DNA of 53,542 bases from Phycisphaerae bacterium. GTDB lineage: Bacteria; Planctomycetota; Phycisphaerae; WQYP01. Each line of letters starts with the position of its first letter. The first letter of the stretch is position 1. The DNA lies in the NCBI GenBank assembly GCA_049965775.1, contig JBMFVX010000001.1:9483-63024 (forward strand), written 5' to 3'. A program made the position numbers and the translations under genes. Shown piece by piece: positions 43,626 to 52,386 of the stretch. The notes beneath the pieces were generated by a model. It made no database searches and was not told where the DNA came from. It saw nothing but the letters and a program-made list of their open reading frames with translations.

Positions 43626-44272
43626 AGACAATTCCCGTAGTCGAAAATGTGCTCAAACTTAACGACGAAGTCGCCTTGCTCAATAGACGACAATTCAGGC
43701 AGGCGGGCGTGTTTGTAATAGACCTTATCGGCGCACCAGGTTCTGGTAAAACTGCCCTGTTGGAGGCCACGCTTAACGCTCTTGTGGGCCGATGTCGTGC
43801 GGGAGTTATCGTCGGCGATCCAGCTACCAGCCGCGATGGTGAACGACTGGGTTGCCATTGTGAACAAGTTGTGCAGGTCAATACCGGGCATGGCTGTCAT
43901 CTTGACGCCAATCAGGTGCGTCAGGCGATGGGGCGGCTGAATGTGGCCGAGCTTGATTTACTGTTCATTGAAAACGTCGGCAACCTGATTTGCCCGGTCG
44001 GTTTTGATCTCGGGCAGAATGCCAAAGTGGGGCTTTTCAGCGTGAGTGAAGGTGACGATAAGGCCGCCAAACATCCACATCTGGTTCTGGCCGCTGATGT
44101 TTTGCTGCTTAATAAAATGGACCTTCTGGAGCATGTGTCGTTTAACCGCGACCGGTTCCTTGAGGATATCCGGCATCTTCGTGCCGATGTGCAGGTTATT
44201 GAGTTGGCGGCCACCAAGGGGCTGCTTGCAGAGTGGATTGACTGGCTTCTTTCTCGCTGTCGGGTCCGGTAG
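43622..44272 (+). CDS. hypB: Hydrogenase nickel-incorporation GTPase HypB
   Basis: GAPGSGKT P-loop, ENVGNLICP metal/switch motif, NKMDL. GTG start overlapping the hypA stop (GTGA). Confidence 0.9.
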   Translation: MKTIPVVENVLKLNDEVALLNRRQFRQAGVFVIDLIGAPGSGKTALLEATLNALVGRCRAGVIVGDPATSRDGERLGCHCEQVVQVNTGHGCHLDANQVRQAMGRLNVAELDLLFIENVGNLICPVGFDLGQNAKVGLFSVSEGDDKAAKHPHLVLAADVLLLNKMDLLEHVSFNRDRFLEDIRHLRADVQVIELAATKGLLAEWIDWLLSRCRVR

Positions 44273-44371
44273 GTGCTTGCACTGGCGACAATCGCAAAAC
44301 GACCCGCCTCTAAAGCCATGGTAGAACCTGATCCATAGAATCGGGTATTATCGTAGGCCTTAAGGAGTGCT

Positions 44372-45934
44372 ATGACCAAACGGGTAGTTATTATAGGTTC
44401 GGGGCCGGGTGGGTTGGCGAGCGCCATGCTGTTGGCCAAGGCAGGATTGGACGTAACCGTATATGAGCGTTCAAATCAGGTAGGAGGGCGAACAACTGCC
44501 CTGGAGTTTGACGGCTTTCGCTTTGATGTTGGGCCAACGTTCTTTCTGTTTCCGCAGGTGCTTGAAGACATCTTCCGGGCTTGTGGTTACGATTTGCGGC
44601 GCGAAGTTCCCATGCGGCAGCTTGATCCGCAATATCGGCTGATCTTTGAACAGGGGGGGCGGATAGATGCTACGCCTGATGTCGCTCGCATGCGATCGGC
44701 TATTGCTGCAATTGCTCCGCGTGATGCCGAGAATCTCGAGAGTTACCTGGCTGATAATCGGGCCAAGCTGGCGGCATTTACGCCGTGCCTCGAGCGACCT
44801 TACGAGTCCTGGCGCGATGTGCTGACACCGCAAATGCTCAAACTTCTACCGGTCCTGCGCCCATGGAATTCGGTGGATCGTGAGCTGCGCCGATATTTTT
44901 CCGATGAGCGAGTGAGGCTGGCCTTCAGTTTTCAATCCAAATATCTCGGCATGTCGCCTTATAAGTGCCCGGGATTATTTACGATTTTGTCGTTTTTAGA
45001 GTATGAGCACGGCGTATTTCACCCGTTGGGTGGTTGCAGCGCCATTACCCGCCGCATGGGCGAGCTGGCCCGACAACTGGGTGCTAAAATAGAAACAGGC
45101 GTTGCGGTTGAAGAAATCGTATTTAACGGCGTTAAGGCCGTAGGCGTAAAGACCACGTCAGGCCAAGCGCCGGCAGATGCCGTTGTGGTCAACTCTGACT
45201 TTGCTCAAACCATTCGGCGGCTTATACCGCAGGCCTTGCGCCGCCGCTGGTCGGATGATCGCATCGCCTCGAAACGCTATTCCTGCTCTACGTTTATGAT
45301 GTATCTGGCAATAGACGGAGCTTTGCCGGAATTAGCGCACCACAACATTTTTTTGGCCGGTGATTATCGGCAGAATCTTCATGATATCGAGCAGGGGCAT
45401 GTGCTCTCAACCAATCCGTCATTTTATGTGCAAAATGCATGTGTAACAGATCCCTCGCTGGCCCCGGACGGTTGCAGCACCCTTTATGTGCTGGCACCGG
45501 TATCGCATCAGCATCGCAATATCAATTGGCAGCAGAGCGGAGAGGCGTTTCAAAGGCTTATGTTTTCCCAGCTTGAGAAAATCGGACTTAAAAATATCGC
45601 AAAGCGCGTTCGGGGGCAGCGTCTCATTACGCCCGATGATTGGCAGGAGAAAATGCATATTTTTAAGGGTGCCACTTTTAATTTAGCGCACGACTTCGGC
45701 CAGATGCTTCATTTGAGGCCGCATAATCGTTTTGAGGAGGTGGAGGGGGTTTATCTCGTGGGTGGAGGCACGCATCCGGGCAGCGGCTTGCCGGTCATCT
45801 TCGAGTCGGCCAAGATTTCATCGCGTTTGCTGCTTGAGGACATGAATGTGGGGTCGCGCTGGCATGCCATGTCGCGTAGTGTTGGCGAACCTGCGGTACC
45901 GCAGACCTTCAGCGGAGCGGCTATATCCACTTAA
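44372..45934 (+). CDS. Phytoene-desaturase-family (CrtI/CrtN/CrtP-like) FAD-dependent oxidoreductase
   Basis: [36 protein letters not shown] dinucleotide fold and the C-terminal [18 protein letters not shown] motif, typical of the CrtI family. AAGGAG RBS. Confidence 0.85.
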   Translation: MTKRVVIIGSGPGGLASAMLLAKAGLDVTVYERSNQVGGRTTALEFDGFRFDVGPTFFLFPQVLEDIFRACGYDLRREVPMRQLDPQYRLIFEQGGRIDATPDVARMRSAIAAIAPRDAENLESYLADNRAKLAAFTPCLERPYESWRDVLTPQMLKLLPVLRPWNSVDRELRRYFSDERVRLAFSFQSKYLGMSPYKCPGLFTILSFLEYEHGVFHPLGGCSAITRRMGELARQLGAKIETGVAVEEIVFNGVKAVGVKTTSGQAPADAVVVNSDFAQTIRRLIPQALRRRWSDDRIASKRYSCSTFMMYLAIDGALPELAHHNIFLAGDYRQNLHDIEQGHVLSTNPSFYVQNACVTDPSLAPDGCSTLYVLAPVSHQHRNINWQQSGEAFQRLMFSQLEKIGLKNIAKRVRGQRLITPDDWQEKMHIFKGATFNLAHDFGQMLHLRPHNRFEEVEGVYLVGGGTHPGSGLPVIFESAKISSRLLLEDMNVGSRWHAMSRSVGEPAVPQTFSGAAIST

Positions 45935-45945
45935 AGGCAGCCTCG

Positions 45946-47415
45946 ATGTTGGGTGGCAAAATCAGCTCTACCGGTGACTGTATGCCCAGAAGCGGCATGG
46001 AGCAAGGCCTTGGCTCACGCGCCATAGCAGCCGCTGACTGGGCCGAGCTGCCTGTGCAACGTCGGCTGATGCTGATGCGACGGCTTCGAGAGCGCATTGC
46101 AGACCAAAGCTCGCAGCTCGCGGCCGTCTGCAGTCCACACACCGGCCGAACCCGTCGTGAAAGCCTGGTTGCAGAAGTTCTTCCTTTGGCGGATGCCTGT
46201 CAATTCTTACAAAGTTACGCGCGGCGAATTTTGCGACCGCAGCATTTTGGCCGCCGCAGCGGACCCTGGTGGCTTGGCGCTTTATGTGGAAGAATAGAGC
46301 GGCGCCCGTGGGGACGGGTGTTGGTTATTGGCCCATCAAATTATCCGCTGCTATTGCCAGGCGTGCAGGCAGTGCAGGCTCTGGTAGCGGGCAACGAGGT
46401 GATCGTTAAACCCGGTCGTGGCGGTCGCGCGGCCATGATGGAGTTGGGGACGCTGCTGGAGAAGTCCGGCTTGCCAGCGGGCTTATTTACTGTTCTGCCG
46501 GAAGATATTTCATCCGTAGACGAGGCTCTACGGGCTGGCGTGGACAAAGTTGTGCTTACCGGTTCGCTTGCAGCCGGTAAAGCCATCTTGCAAAGACTGG
46601 CACACACGGTGACCCCCGCAACATTGGAACTCTCCGGGTGTGATGCCGTGTTTGTTCTGGCTGGAGCCAACGTTAAACTCGCTGCACGGGCCATTGCTTT
46701 TGGGCTGACTTTTAATCGCAGCGCCACATGTATGGCTCCACGTAGGTTGTTTGTGCATGACTCGCTCGCCGGACCGCTGGAAGAAACGCTCTGCGAACTG
46801 TTGCGTCAAGTCGAGCCGGTGACACTTCCCGGCGGACCTGCAACTGCGGGGGCCATAATAAAAGAATCGCTGAAATGTGGCGGCCGGCTTGTTGCGGGGC
46901 ATCTGCACGAGGATGGTTCAATCCAATGCCCATGTGTGTTGGCGGACGCGACTGCGGACATGGCCATGATGACCGCTGATGTCATGGCTCCGATTGCGGC
47001 ACTGTTACGTTTTGACAGCCTGGATTCAGCAGTGAAGGACGCGGATAAATGTCCTTACAAATTGGGAGCGTCCATCTTTGGTCCGCCCGACGCTGCCCGC
47101 GATCTGGCACGGCGACTACCGGTTGGCGTCATTACCATCAACGATCTGATAGCCCCGACGGCGCACCCGCGTGTAACGCTCGCGGCTCGCGGCGCCAGTG
47201 GATTCGGCGCAACCCGCGGGGCCGAAGGTCTGCTTGGAATGACGACCCCCGTCACCATTATTGAACGCCGTGGCCGTTGGCTGCCGCACCTGGCTCCACC
47301 ATTGCCCAGCGATGAAAACGTGCTTCAAGCCATGTTAAAGATACGCCACGGCGGAAATATGCGAGTGCGTTGCCGGGCGGTTCTGCAGTTTATAAAAGCT
47401 GTTCGCAATCGGTAG
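45946..47415 (+). CDS. Aldehyde dehydrogenase family protein
   Basis: GPSNYP, KPGRGG, LELSGCD (general-base Glu region), catalytic-Cys region NRSATCMAPRR. Starts 11 nt after the CrtI-like gene. Confidence 0.85.
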   Translation: MLGGKISSTGDCMPRSGMEQGLGSRAIAAADWAELPVQRRLMLMRRLRERIADQSSQLAAVCSPHTGRTRRESLVAEVLPLADACQFLQSYARRILRPQHFGRRSGPWWLGALCGRIERRPWGRVLVIGPSNYPLLLPGVQAVQALVAGNEVIVKPGRGGRAAMMELGTLLEKSGLPAGLFTVLPEDISSVDEALRAGVDKVVLTGSLAAGKAILQRLAHTVTPATLELSGCDAVFVLAGANVKLAARAIAFGLTFNRSATCMAPRRLFVHDSLAGPLEETLCELLRQVEPVTLPGGPATAGAIIKESLKCGGRLVAGHLHEDGSIQCPCVLADATADMAMMTADVMAPIAALLRFDSLDSAVKDADKCPYKLGASIFGPPDAARDLARRLPVGVITINDLIAPTAHPRVTLAARGASGFGATRGAEGLLGMTTPVTIIERRGRWLPHLAPPLPSDENVLQAMLKIRHGGNMRVRCRAVLQFIKAVRNR

Positions 47416-47596
47416 CCTAACGGGTTGGCTGCCCAATATGACGATCCTTTTACCGACGTTGTTCTTTATGTTGATAGATTTCAGATATTGTGAGGCACTT
47501 CAAGACCTTAAAAAACGCCTAAATTCTGACAGTGTGAAGTATAATGCCTTGGGTTGGCAGAGCGACGATAATTTTAATGAGGTTTCGATAGATGGG

Positions 47597-47624
47597 TTGC
47601 GAATTTTCGCAGTATTTCGATAAT
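47597..47624 (+). promoter_or_regulatory. Putative promoter of the M42 peptidase gene (-35 TTGCGA, 16-nt spacer, -10 GATAAT)
   Basis: Hexamers read directly at 47597-47602 and 47619-47624, about 45 nt upstream of the GTG start at 47670, which has a GGAG RBS 7 nt upstream. Confidence 0.35.
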
Positions 47625-47669
47625 GCAATAAAGTGCGTTTGAGCCACTACGTTTTTTTGGAGCGATACC

Positions 47670-48698
47670 GTGGAGTTTTTAAAGCTATTGTCAGAAACGC
47701 CGGGGGTGCCCGGCCGGGAAGAACGTGTGCGTGAGGTTATAGCACGCGAAATTGAAGGCCTATTTGACGAAACCCGCGTAGATGCCATGGGCAACCTGGT
47801 GTGCATAAAGCGGGCTACTCGTACGGCGGGTAAAGGGCCGGCGCAAAAGGTTATGTTGGCTGCGCATATGGATCAGATCGGCTTTTATGTCAAACACATA
47901 GATGACAAAGGCTTTGTACGCGTGCACAACGTCGGCGGGTTTGACCCGCGCAACCTTTTGGCGAACCGGGTTTTGGTGCAGGGTAAAAAAGATATGCTCG
48001 GCGTAATGAACCCCGCCGGAAAGCCCGTGCATCTTGCTACCGAGGAAGATCGCCGCAAGCAGTATCAAATTCCCGACTTTTTTGTAGATTTGGGGCTTCC
48101 CGCCAAGAAGGTAAAGGAACTGGTAAGTGTGGGCGATCCCGTGACGTTGGTGCGGGAGTTTTCAGCCATTGGAGATTATGCCTGCGGCCAAGCCATGGAC
48201 AACCGCGCTGCGGTATGGGTTTTGGTACGGGCTATGCAGCGTCTGAAACGAAGCTCATATGATATCTATGCAGTGTTTACGGTTCAGGAAGAAGTGGGGC
48301 TGCGCGGCGCCGGGCCGGCAACTTTTGGCTGTGAGCCGGACATAGCCATAGCATTGGATACCTGTCTTGCGTGTGACACGCCGGGCATTCCTGAAGACCA
48401 GGCGGTGACGCAGGCGGGCAAAGGCGTCGGCATCAAGGTTATGGATGGAGCGTCCATAAGCGACCGGTCCCTGGTGGACAGCTTTGTAAGCGTAGCTAAA
48501 AAAGAAAAAATTACGTATCAGTTGGAACTTATGCCTGTGGGTGGTACCGATGCCGGCGCTATGCAGCGCAGCCGGAGTGGGTACAAAACCATAACAATAA
48601 GCGTTCCGACGCGTTATATTCATACGGTGACTGAAATGGTGCACCGCGACGACTTGCATGCGGCCCGCGATCTGGTTGCGGCATGGCTTGCACAGTAG
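47670..48698 (+). CDS. M42-family metallo-aminopeptidase (FrvX/CelM-like)
   Basis: LSETPGVPGREERV, AAHMDQIGF and FTVQEEVGLRGA motifs. 342 aa. Confidence 0.9.
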   Translation: MEFLKLLSETPGVPGREERVREVIAREIEGLFDETRVDAMGNLVCIKRATRTAGKGPAQKVMLAAHMDQIGFYVKHIDDKGFVRVHNVGGFDPRNLLANRVLVQGKKDMLGVMNPAGKPVHLATEEDRRKQYQIPDFFVDLGLPAKKVKELVSVGDPVTLVREFSAIGDYACGQAMDNRAAVWVLVRAMQRLKRSSYDIYAVFTVQEEVGLRGAGPATFGCEPDIAIALDTCLACDTPGIPEDQAVTQAGKGVGIKVMDGASISDRSLVDSFVSVAKKEKITYQLELMPVGGTDAGAMQRSRSGYKTITISVPTRYIHTVTEMVHRDDLHAARDLVAAWLAQ

Positions 48699-48764
48699 GA
48701 GGGCTGGTTGGCCCGCGAAGGTTCTGCGGCAGGCCCAATGCGACATAACTGGAAAGGCACGCCG

Positions 48765-50861
48765 ATGAGCATCAAATTCGAAAAAAATCAGCTTTCCAAC
48801 TTTGACGCGACCATGTCGTTGGAATGGTTGAGCGCAAACGGTCTTGGCGGTTACGCCTCAGGTACGGTGGCCGGTGCCAACAGCCGCAAATACCATGGCT
48901 ATCTGGTGGCGGCGGCGCATCCACCAGTCGGGCGGTATGTGCTGCTCTCGCGTGTGGAAGATACCGTGCAAATAGGCGACCGCAAATATCCGATTGCCAC
49001 CAATGAATTTCCGGACTGCATAGACCCCAAAGGGTGCGAAAATATCGTTTCCTTTAACGTTGCGGCCGGCCCGACATGGACGTTTCAATGCGGTGATGCA
49101 ATTGTCGAAAAAAGCATTACGCTGGTTCATGGTCAGGATGCAGTGATCATTCGCTATCGGCTTATTAAGGCTCCGTTCCGAGCGCAGAGCGTTCAGTTAA
49201 AAGTTCGCCCACTGCTGGCTGGGCGCGACTTTCATGCGACTATTACGGCAGCCAATCGGCCCGGATGGTGGCTTGACGAAACCGGCGGGCATCGCGATAT
49301 GATGCTGTTGAAGTGTCATGAATGTCCTCTGCCGGTGTTTATCAGTCATAATGCCGATCGCTTTAATGCCGGGCCGTGCTGGTGGTACAACTTTGTATTT
49401 CGACAGGAGCGCGCACGGGGTTATCCTGACCGTGATGACCTTTGGACACCAGGGCAGATTGAGTTTACCCTTAGCATCGAAAAGGCTGCGACCATCATCG
49501 CCGCTACCCGGCCCACGCCGGTTACACTGGCCGAAGAACTGCTTGCCCGGCAAACCGCCCGTCATCAGATGCTGGTAACGCAATTTTCCGTCGCGGCGCC
49601 CGATGACGATTTTATTGCGCAGCTGAGCGCGGCAGCCGACCAGTTTTTGGTTCGGCGCGGCACAAGTGCCCATGGCGTTGAGAAGATGTCGGTTATTGCC
49701 GGCTATCCATGGTTTGAAGATTGGGGTCGCGACACCTTTATCAGCCTTCCCGGCCTGACACTGGTTCGTGGCGACGCCGAAGCTGCCCGCGGCATACTTG
49801 TGGCTTTTGCCGATCATATAGCCGATGGTCTTACGCCGAACCGGTTTCCCGATAAGGGCAGCGAGCCTGATTACAACACGGTGGATGCGTCTCTATGGTT
49901 CGTCCAGGCCGCATACCAGTATTGGCGTTATACCGGCGACGAAAAACTGCTGCGCAGTTACCTCTATGCACCGCTCTGTCAGATTATTGAAAAATACCGC
50001 GATGGCACCCGTTTTGGCATTCGCATGGATACCGACGGTTTGGTGCGTGCCGGCCAGCAGGGTGTGCAACTCACCTGGATGGATGCAAAGATCGGCGACA
50101 AAGTTATTACCCCCCGCTATGGCAAGCCGGTTGAGATAAATGCGCTGTGGTTTAATGCGCTTAATATTATGGCGCTTGTGGCCGGCAGCGCCGGCGATTC
50201 AGTTCGAGCAGGGACGTTTTCGACGCTTGCCCAAAAGACCGGCCAGGCATTCGCGCAAAAGTTTTGGAATCCGTCTGCGGGTTGTCTGTATGATGTGCTT
50301 GGCGATGATGGCAAGCCCGATGCGGCGGTTCGTCCCAACCAGATTATGGCCGTCAGTCTGCCCTTTTCACCCCTTGCGGCGGGCCAAGCCAAAGAGGTTG
50401 TTGCTGTTGCTGAGCGACTTTTGCTCACTCCATTGGGAATGCGTACCTTGGCTCCAGGCTCGATGGGTTACTGCGGCCGATACGAGGGCGACCAGAACGC
50501 GCGCGATCACGCATACCACATGGGCACGGCTTGGCCGTGGCTTACCGGCCAATTTATTACGGCTCTGGTTCGCAGCCGGGGAGGCTCGGCCGAATCGCGA
50601 CAGCGCGCCCGCGAAATACTCTCGCCATTTGAAAATCATCTGCGGCAGGCGGGGCTTGGCTCCATCAGCGAAATTGCCGATGGCGACGCTCCGTGGCTTC
50701 CCCGCGGCTGCATAGCCCAGGCGTGGTCCGTCGGCGAAGTGCTGCGAGCGTACTGGGAAGATGTGCTCGGCAAAGCCCCAGCTTGGCCGCATGAAGCGGC
50801 AGCCAGCAAGATTGCGGCAAAAACCGGTGCCAAGCAACCAACTTCTGCGGTGGTCGGATGA
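48765..50861 (+). CDS. Glycogen debranching enzyme (bacterial/archaeal GDE-type amylo-alpha-1,6-glucosidase)
   Basis: N-terminal GDE_N-like region (EWLSANGLGGYASGTVAGANSRKYHG) and the C-terminal (alpha/alpha)6 domain motif AGYPWFEDWGRDTFISLPGL. Start set at the ATG at 48765 (GGAAAGG RBS). Confidence 0.9.
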   Translation: MSIKFEKNQLSNFDATMSLEWLSANGLGGYASGTVAGANSRKYHGYLVAAAHPPVGRYVLLSRVEDTVQIGDRKYPIATNEFPDCIDPKGCENIVSFNVAAGPTWTFQCGDAIVEKSITLVHGQDAVIIRYRLIKAPFRAQSVQLKVRPLLAGRDFHATITAANRPGWWLDETGGHRDMMLLKCHECPLPVFISHNADRFNAGPCWWYNFVFRQERARGYPDRDDLWTPGQIEFTLSIEKAATIIAATRPTPVTLAEELLARQTARHQMLVTQFSVAAPDDDFIAQLSAAADQFLVRRGTSAHGVEKMSVIAGYPWFEDWGRDTFISLPGLTLVRGDAEAARGILVAFADHIADGLTPNRFPDKGSEPDYNTVDASLWFVQAAYQYWRYTGDEKLLRSYLYAPLCQIIEKYRDGTRFGIRMDTDGLVRAGQQGVQLTWMDAKIGDKVITPRYGKPVEINALWFNALNIMALVAGSAGDSVRAGTFSTLAQKTGQAFAQKFWNPSAGCLYDVLGDDGKPDAAVRPNQIMAVSLPFSPLAAGQAKEVVAVAERLLLTPLGMRTLAPGSMGYCGRYEGDQNARDHAYHMGTAWPWLTGQFITALVRSRGGSAESRQRAREILSPFENHLRQAGLGSISEIADGDAPWLPRGCIAQAWSVGEVLRAYWEDVLGKAPAWPHEAAASKIAAKTGAKQPTSAVVG

Positions 50862-51070
50862 TTGTGCCGGCTCCTGCTCTGCCGGTTAACCAATCAGTAA
50901 TTTGCCGGCGTGGAGCGGCAGGCGTGAAGCAAGCGTTCAAACAAGCACTTGGCGTTAAACCATAAGCCAAACGCTGGCGTGAGGAAGCAATGCTGCCGTT
51001 AAAGGCATTTGCTTTGGTCGCGCTGCCAAGACTCGCGAAAATGAAAATGCACTTGAGTTCTTATAGTGAC

Positions 51071-52168
51071 TTACATGATCGCCGACGTGGTTGCAGCAGG
51101 TAGTTCGGCCGGCTCGCCACGCTGATAGTGGCTGCGCGTAGCACCATTTGGGGCGATGCTGCTCTTGAGGTCGCAGGCATGCGCTTCGGCCCCTAAGCCG
51201 AAGTCCGATTCCACCAATTGCTGAATCTCGTTCATTTCGTTCGGCGAAAGCAAGTCGCCATCGCAGGCGGCGGCAAATTCGCGCAAATCCGCTTCGGTCA
51301 GAATATTGGGTTGTGCGCTTACCATAGCCGGCCAGGTAAGCAGCCACTTAAGCGCCAACTGCCCCATGGTGCATTTGTGCCGCTGCTGAATGTGCCTGAG
51401 TTTCTCAACCTTTTTGAGGCCGTAAATAAGCCAGTTCCGATCGCGGAACTTACGATGATCGTCAAACTTCTGATCAGGCGTGTACATATCCTGCAAAATG
51501 CCTGAGCTATGCGGCACGCGGCTGATAATGCCGCCATGATTAATTTCAGCGGCAATTTCGCAAAACTCCCGTCCCGGGTGCTGCTCGAGCATGTTGAAAA
51601 CGGTTTGAACGGTGGCAACCTTCCATTGTTGAAGCGCCAAAACGCCTTCTTCGCGCCAGCCGATGGCGGGGCCAAGCGCTACGCCCCAATGACGGATTTT
51701 GCCCTGGGCTTTGAGTTTTTCTAACGCGGCGGGCAGTTCGTCGGTCATGTGGCGAAGCTTAAGATTATGCGCCTGCCAGAGGTCAATGTAATCGGTCTTG
51801 AGCCGACGAAGCGATTCTTCCAGGGCTTTGGCGATAAATGCGGGTGAAAAATCCTGGCGGCGTTCCATATGCGATCCGGGCGTGCCGGGGTCGCGGTAAA
51901 AGTCGTAGCCAAATTTGGTGGAAAGGACCATGTTGCTGCGGCCTGCATAGGCGATGGTGCCTACCATAAGCTCTTCCGCGCGGCCGTTGTCGTAGGCGTC
52001 GGCTGTGTCAAAAAAGGTTACGCCTAAATCAAACGCCAGATTCTGCAGGCGAACGCCCTCAGCGGCATCCTGCGGGCCTTTACCCCACATAAAGCTGCCA
52101 TAAATAAAGTTGCCAAACGACAACTCCGACACTTTCAGGTTGGTTTGCGGAACAACACGGTATTTCAT
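51071..52168 (-). CDS. Aldo/keto reductase
   Basis: FFDTADAYDNGRAEELMVG and other AKR motifs. 365 aa with a C-terminal extension. Confidence 0.9.
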   Translation of the reverse strand: MKYRVVPQTNLKVSELSFGNFIYGSFMWGKGPQDAAEGVRLQNLAFDLGVTFFDTADAYDNGRAEELMVGTIAYAGRSNMVLSTKFGYDFYRDPGTPGSHMERRQDFSPAFIAKALEESLRRLKTDYIDLWQAHNLKLRHMTDELPAALEKLKAQGKIRHWGVALGPAIGWREEGVLALQQWKVATVQTVFNMLEQHPGREFCEIAAEINHGGIISRVPHSSGILQDMYTPDQKFDDHRKFRDRNWLIYGLKKVEKLRHIQQRHKCTMGQLALKWLLTWPAMVSAQPNILTEADLREFAAACDGDLLSPNEMNEIQQLVESDFGLGAEAHACDLKSSIAPNGATRSHYQRGEPAELPAATTSAIM

Positions 52169-52334
52169 AATGGCCTCGCCAAAAACAAGCGGCGTTAACC
52201 TAAGCCGTAACGCCTCCTTGGATAGTATCAGCTTTTGCCGCCCGCGTTAAGAGCTTCAGCGGCAATCGGTGTAATAGAAAAACCGAGGCATTGGCGTTAC
52301 GCTAACGAGTGGCATGGACACGATTTGTTTTGCA

Positions 52335-52348
52335 GCCTTGCGCAAGGC
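52335..52348. promoter_or_regulatory. Perfect 14-bp palindrome GCCTTGCGCAAGGC upstream of pgm
   Basis: Read directly. It ends 38 nt upstream of the pgm ATG, in the divergent AKR/pgm intergenic region. Could be an operator or a 5'-UTR hairpin. Confidence 0.25.
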
Positions 52349-52386
52349 GGCCCATGCCGCACAACCCGAAAACACAGGTGATAGAA

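Noticed and set aside
47438-47623. 61-aa ORF in the low-GC gap after the ALDH gene
   Set aside because: It has no RBS or motifs, and it overlaps the predicted promoter of the M42 peptidase gene.
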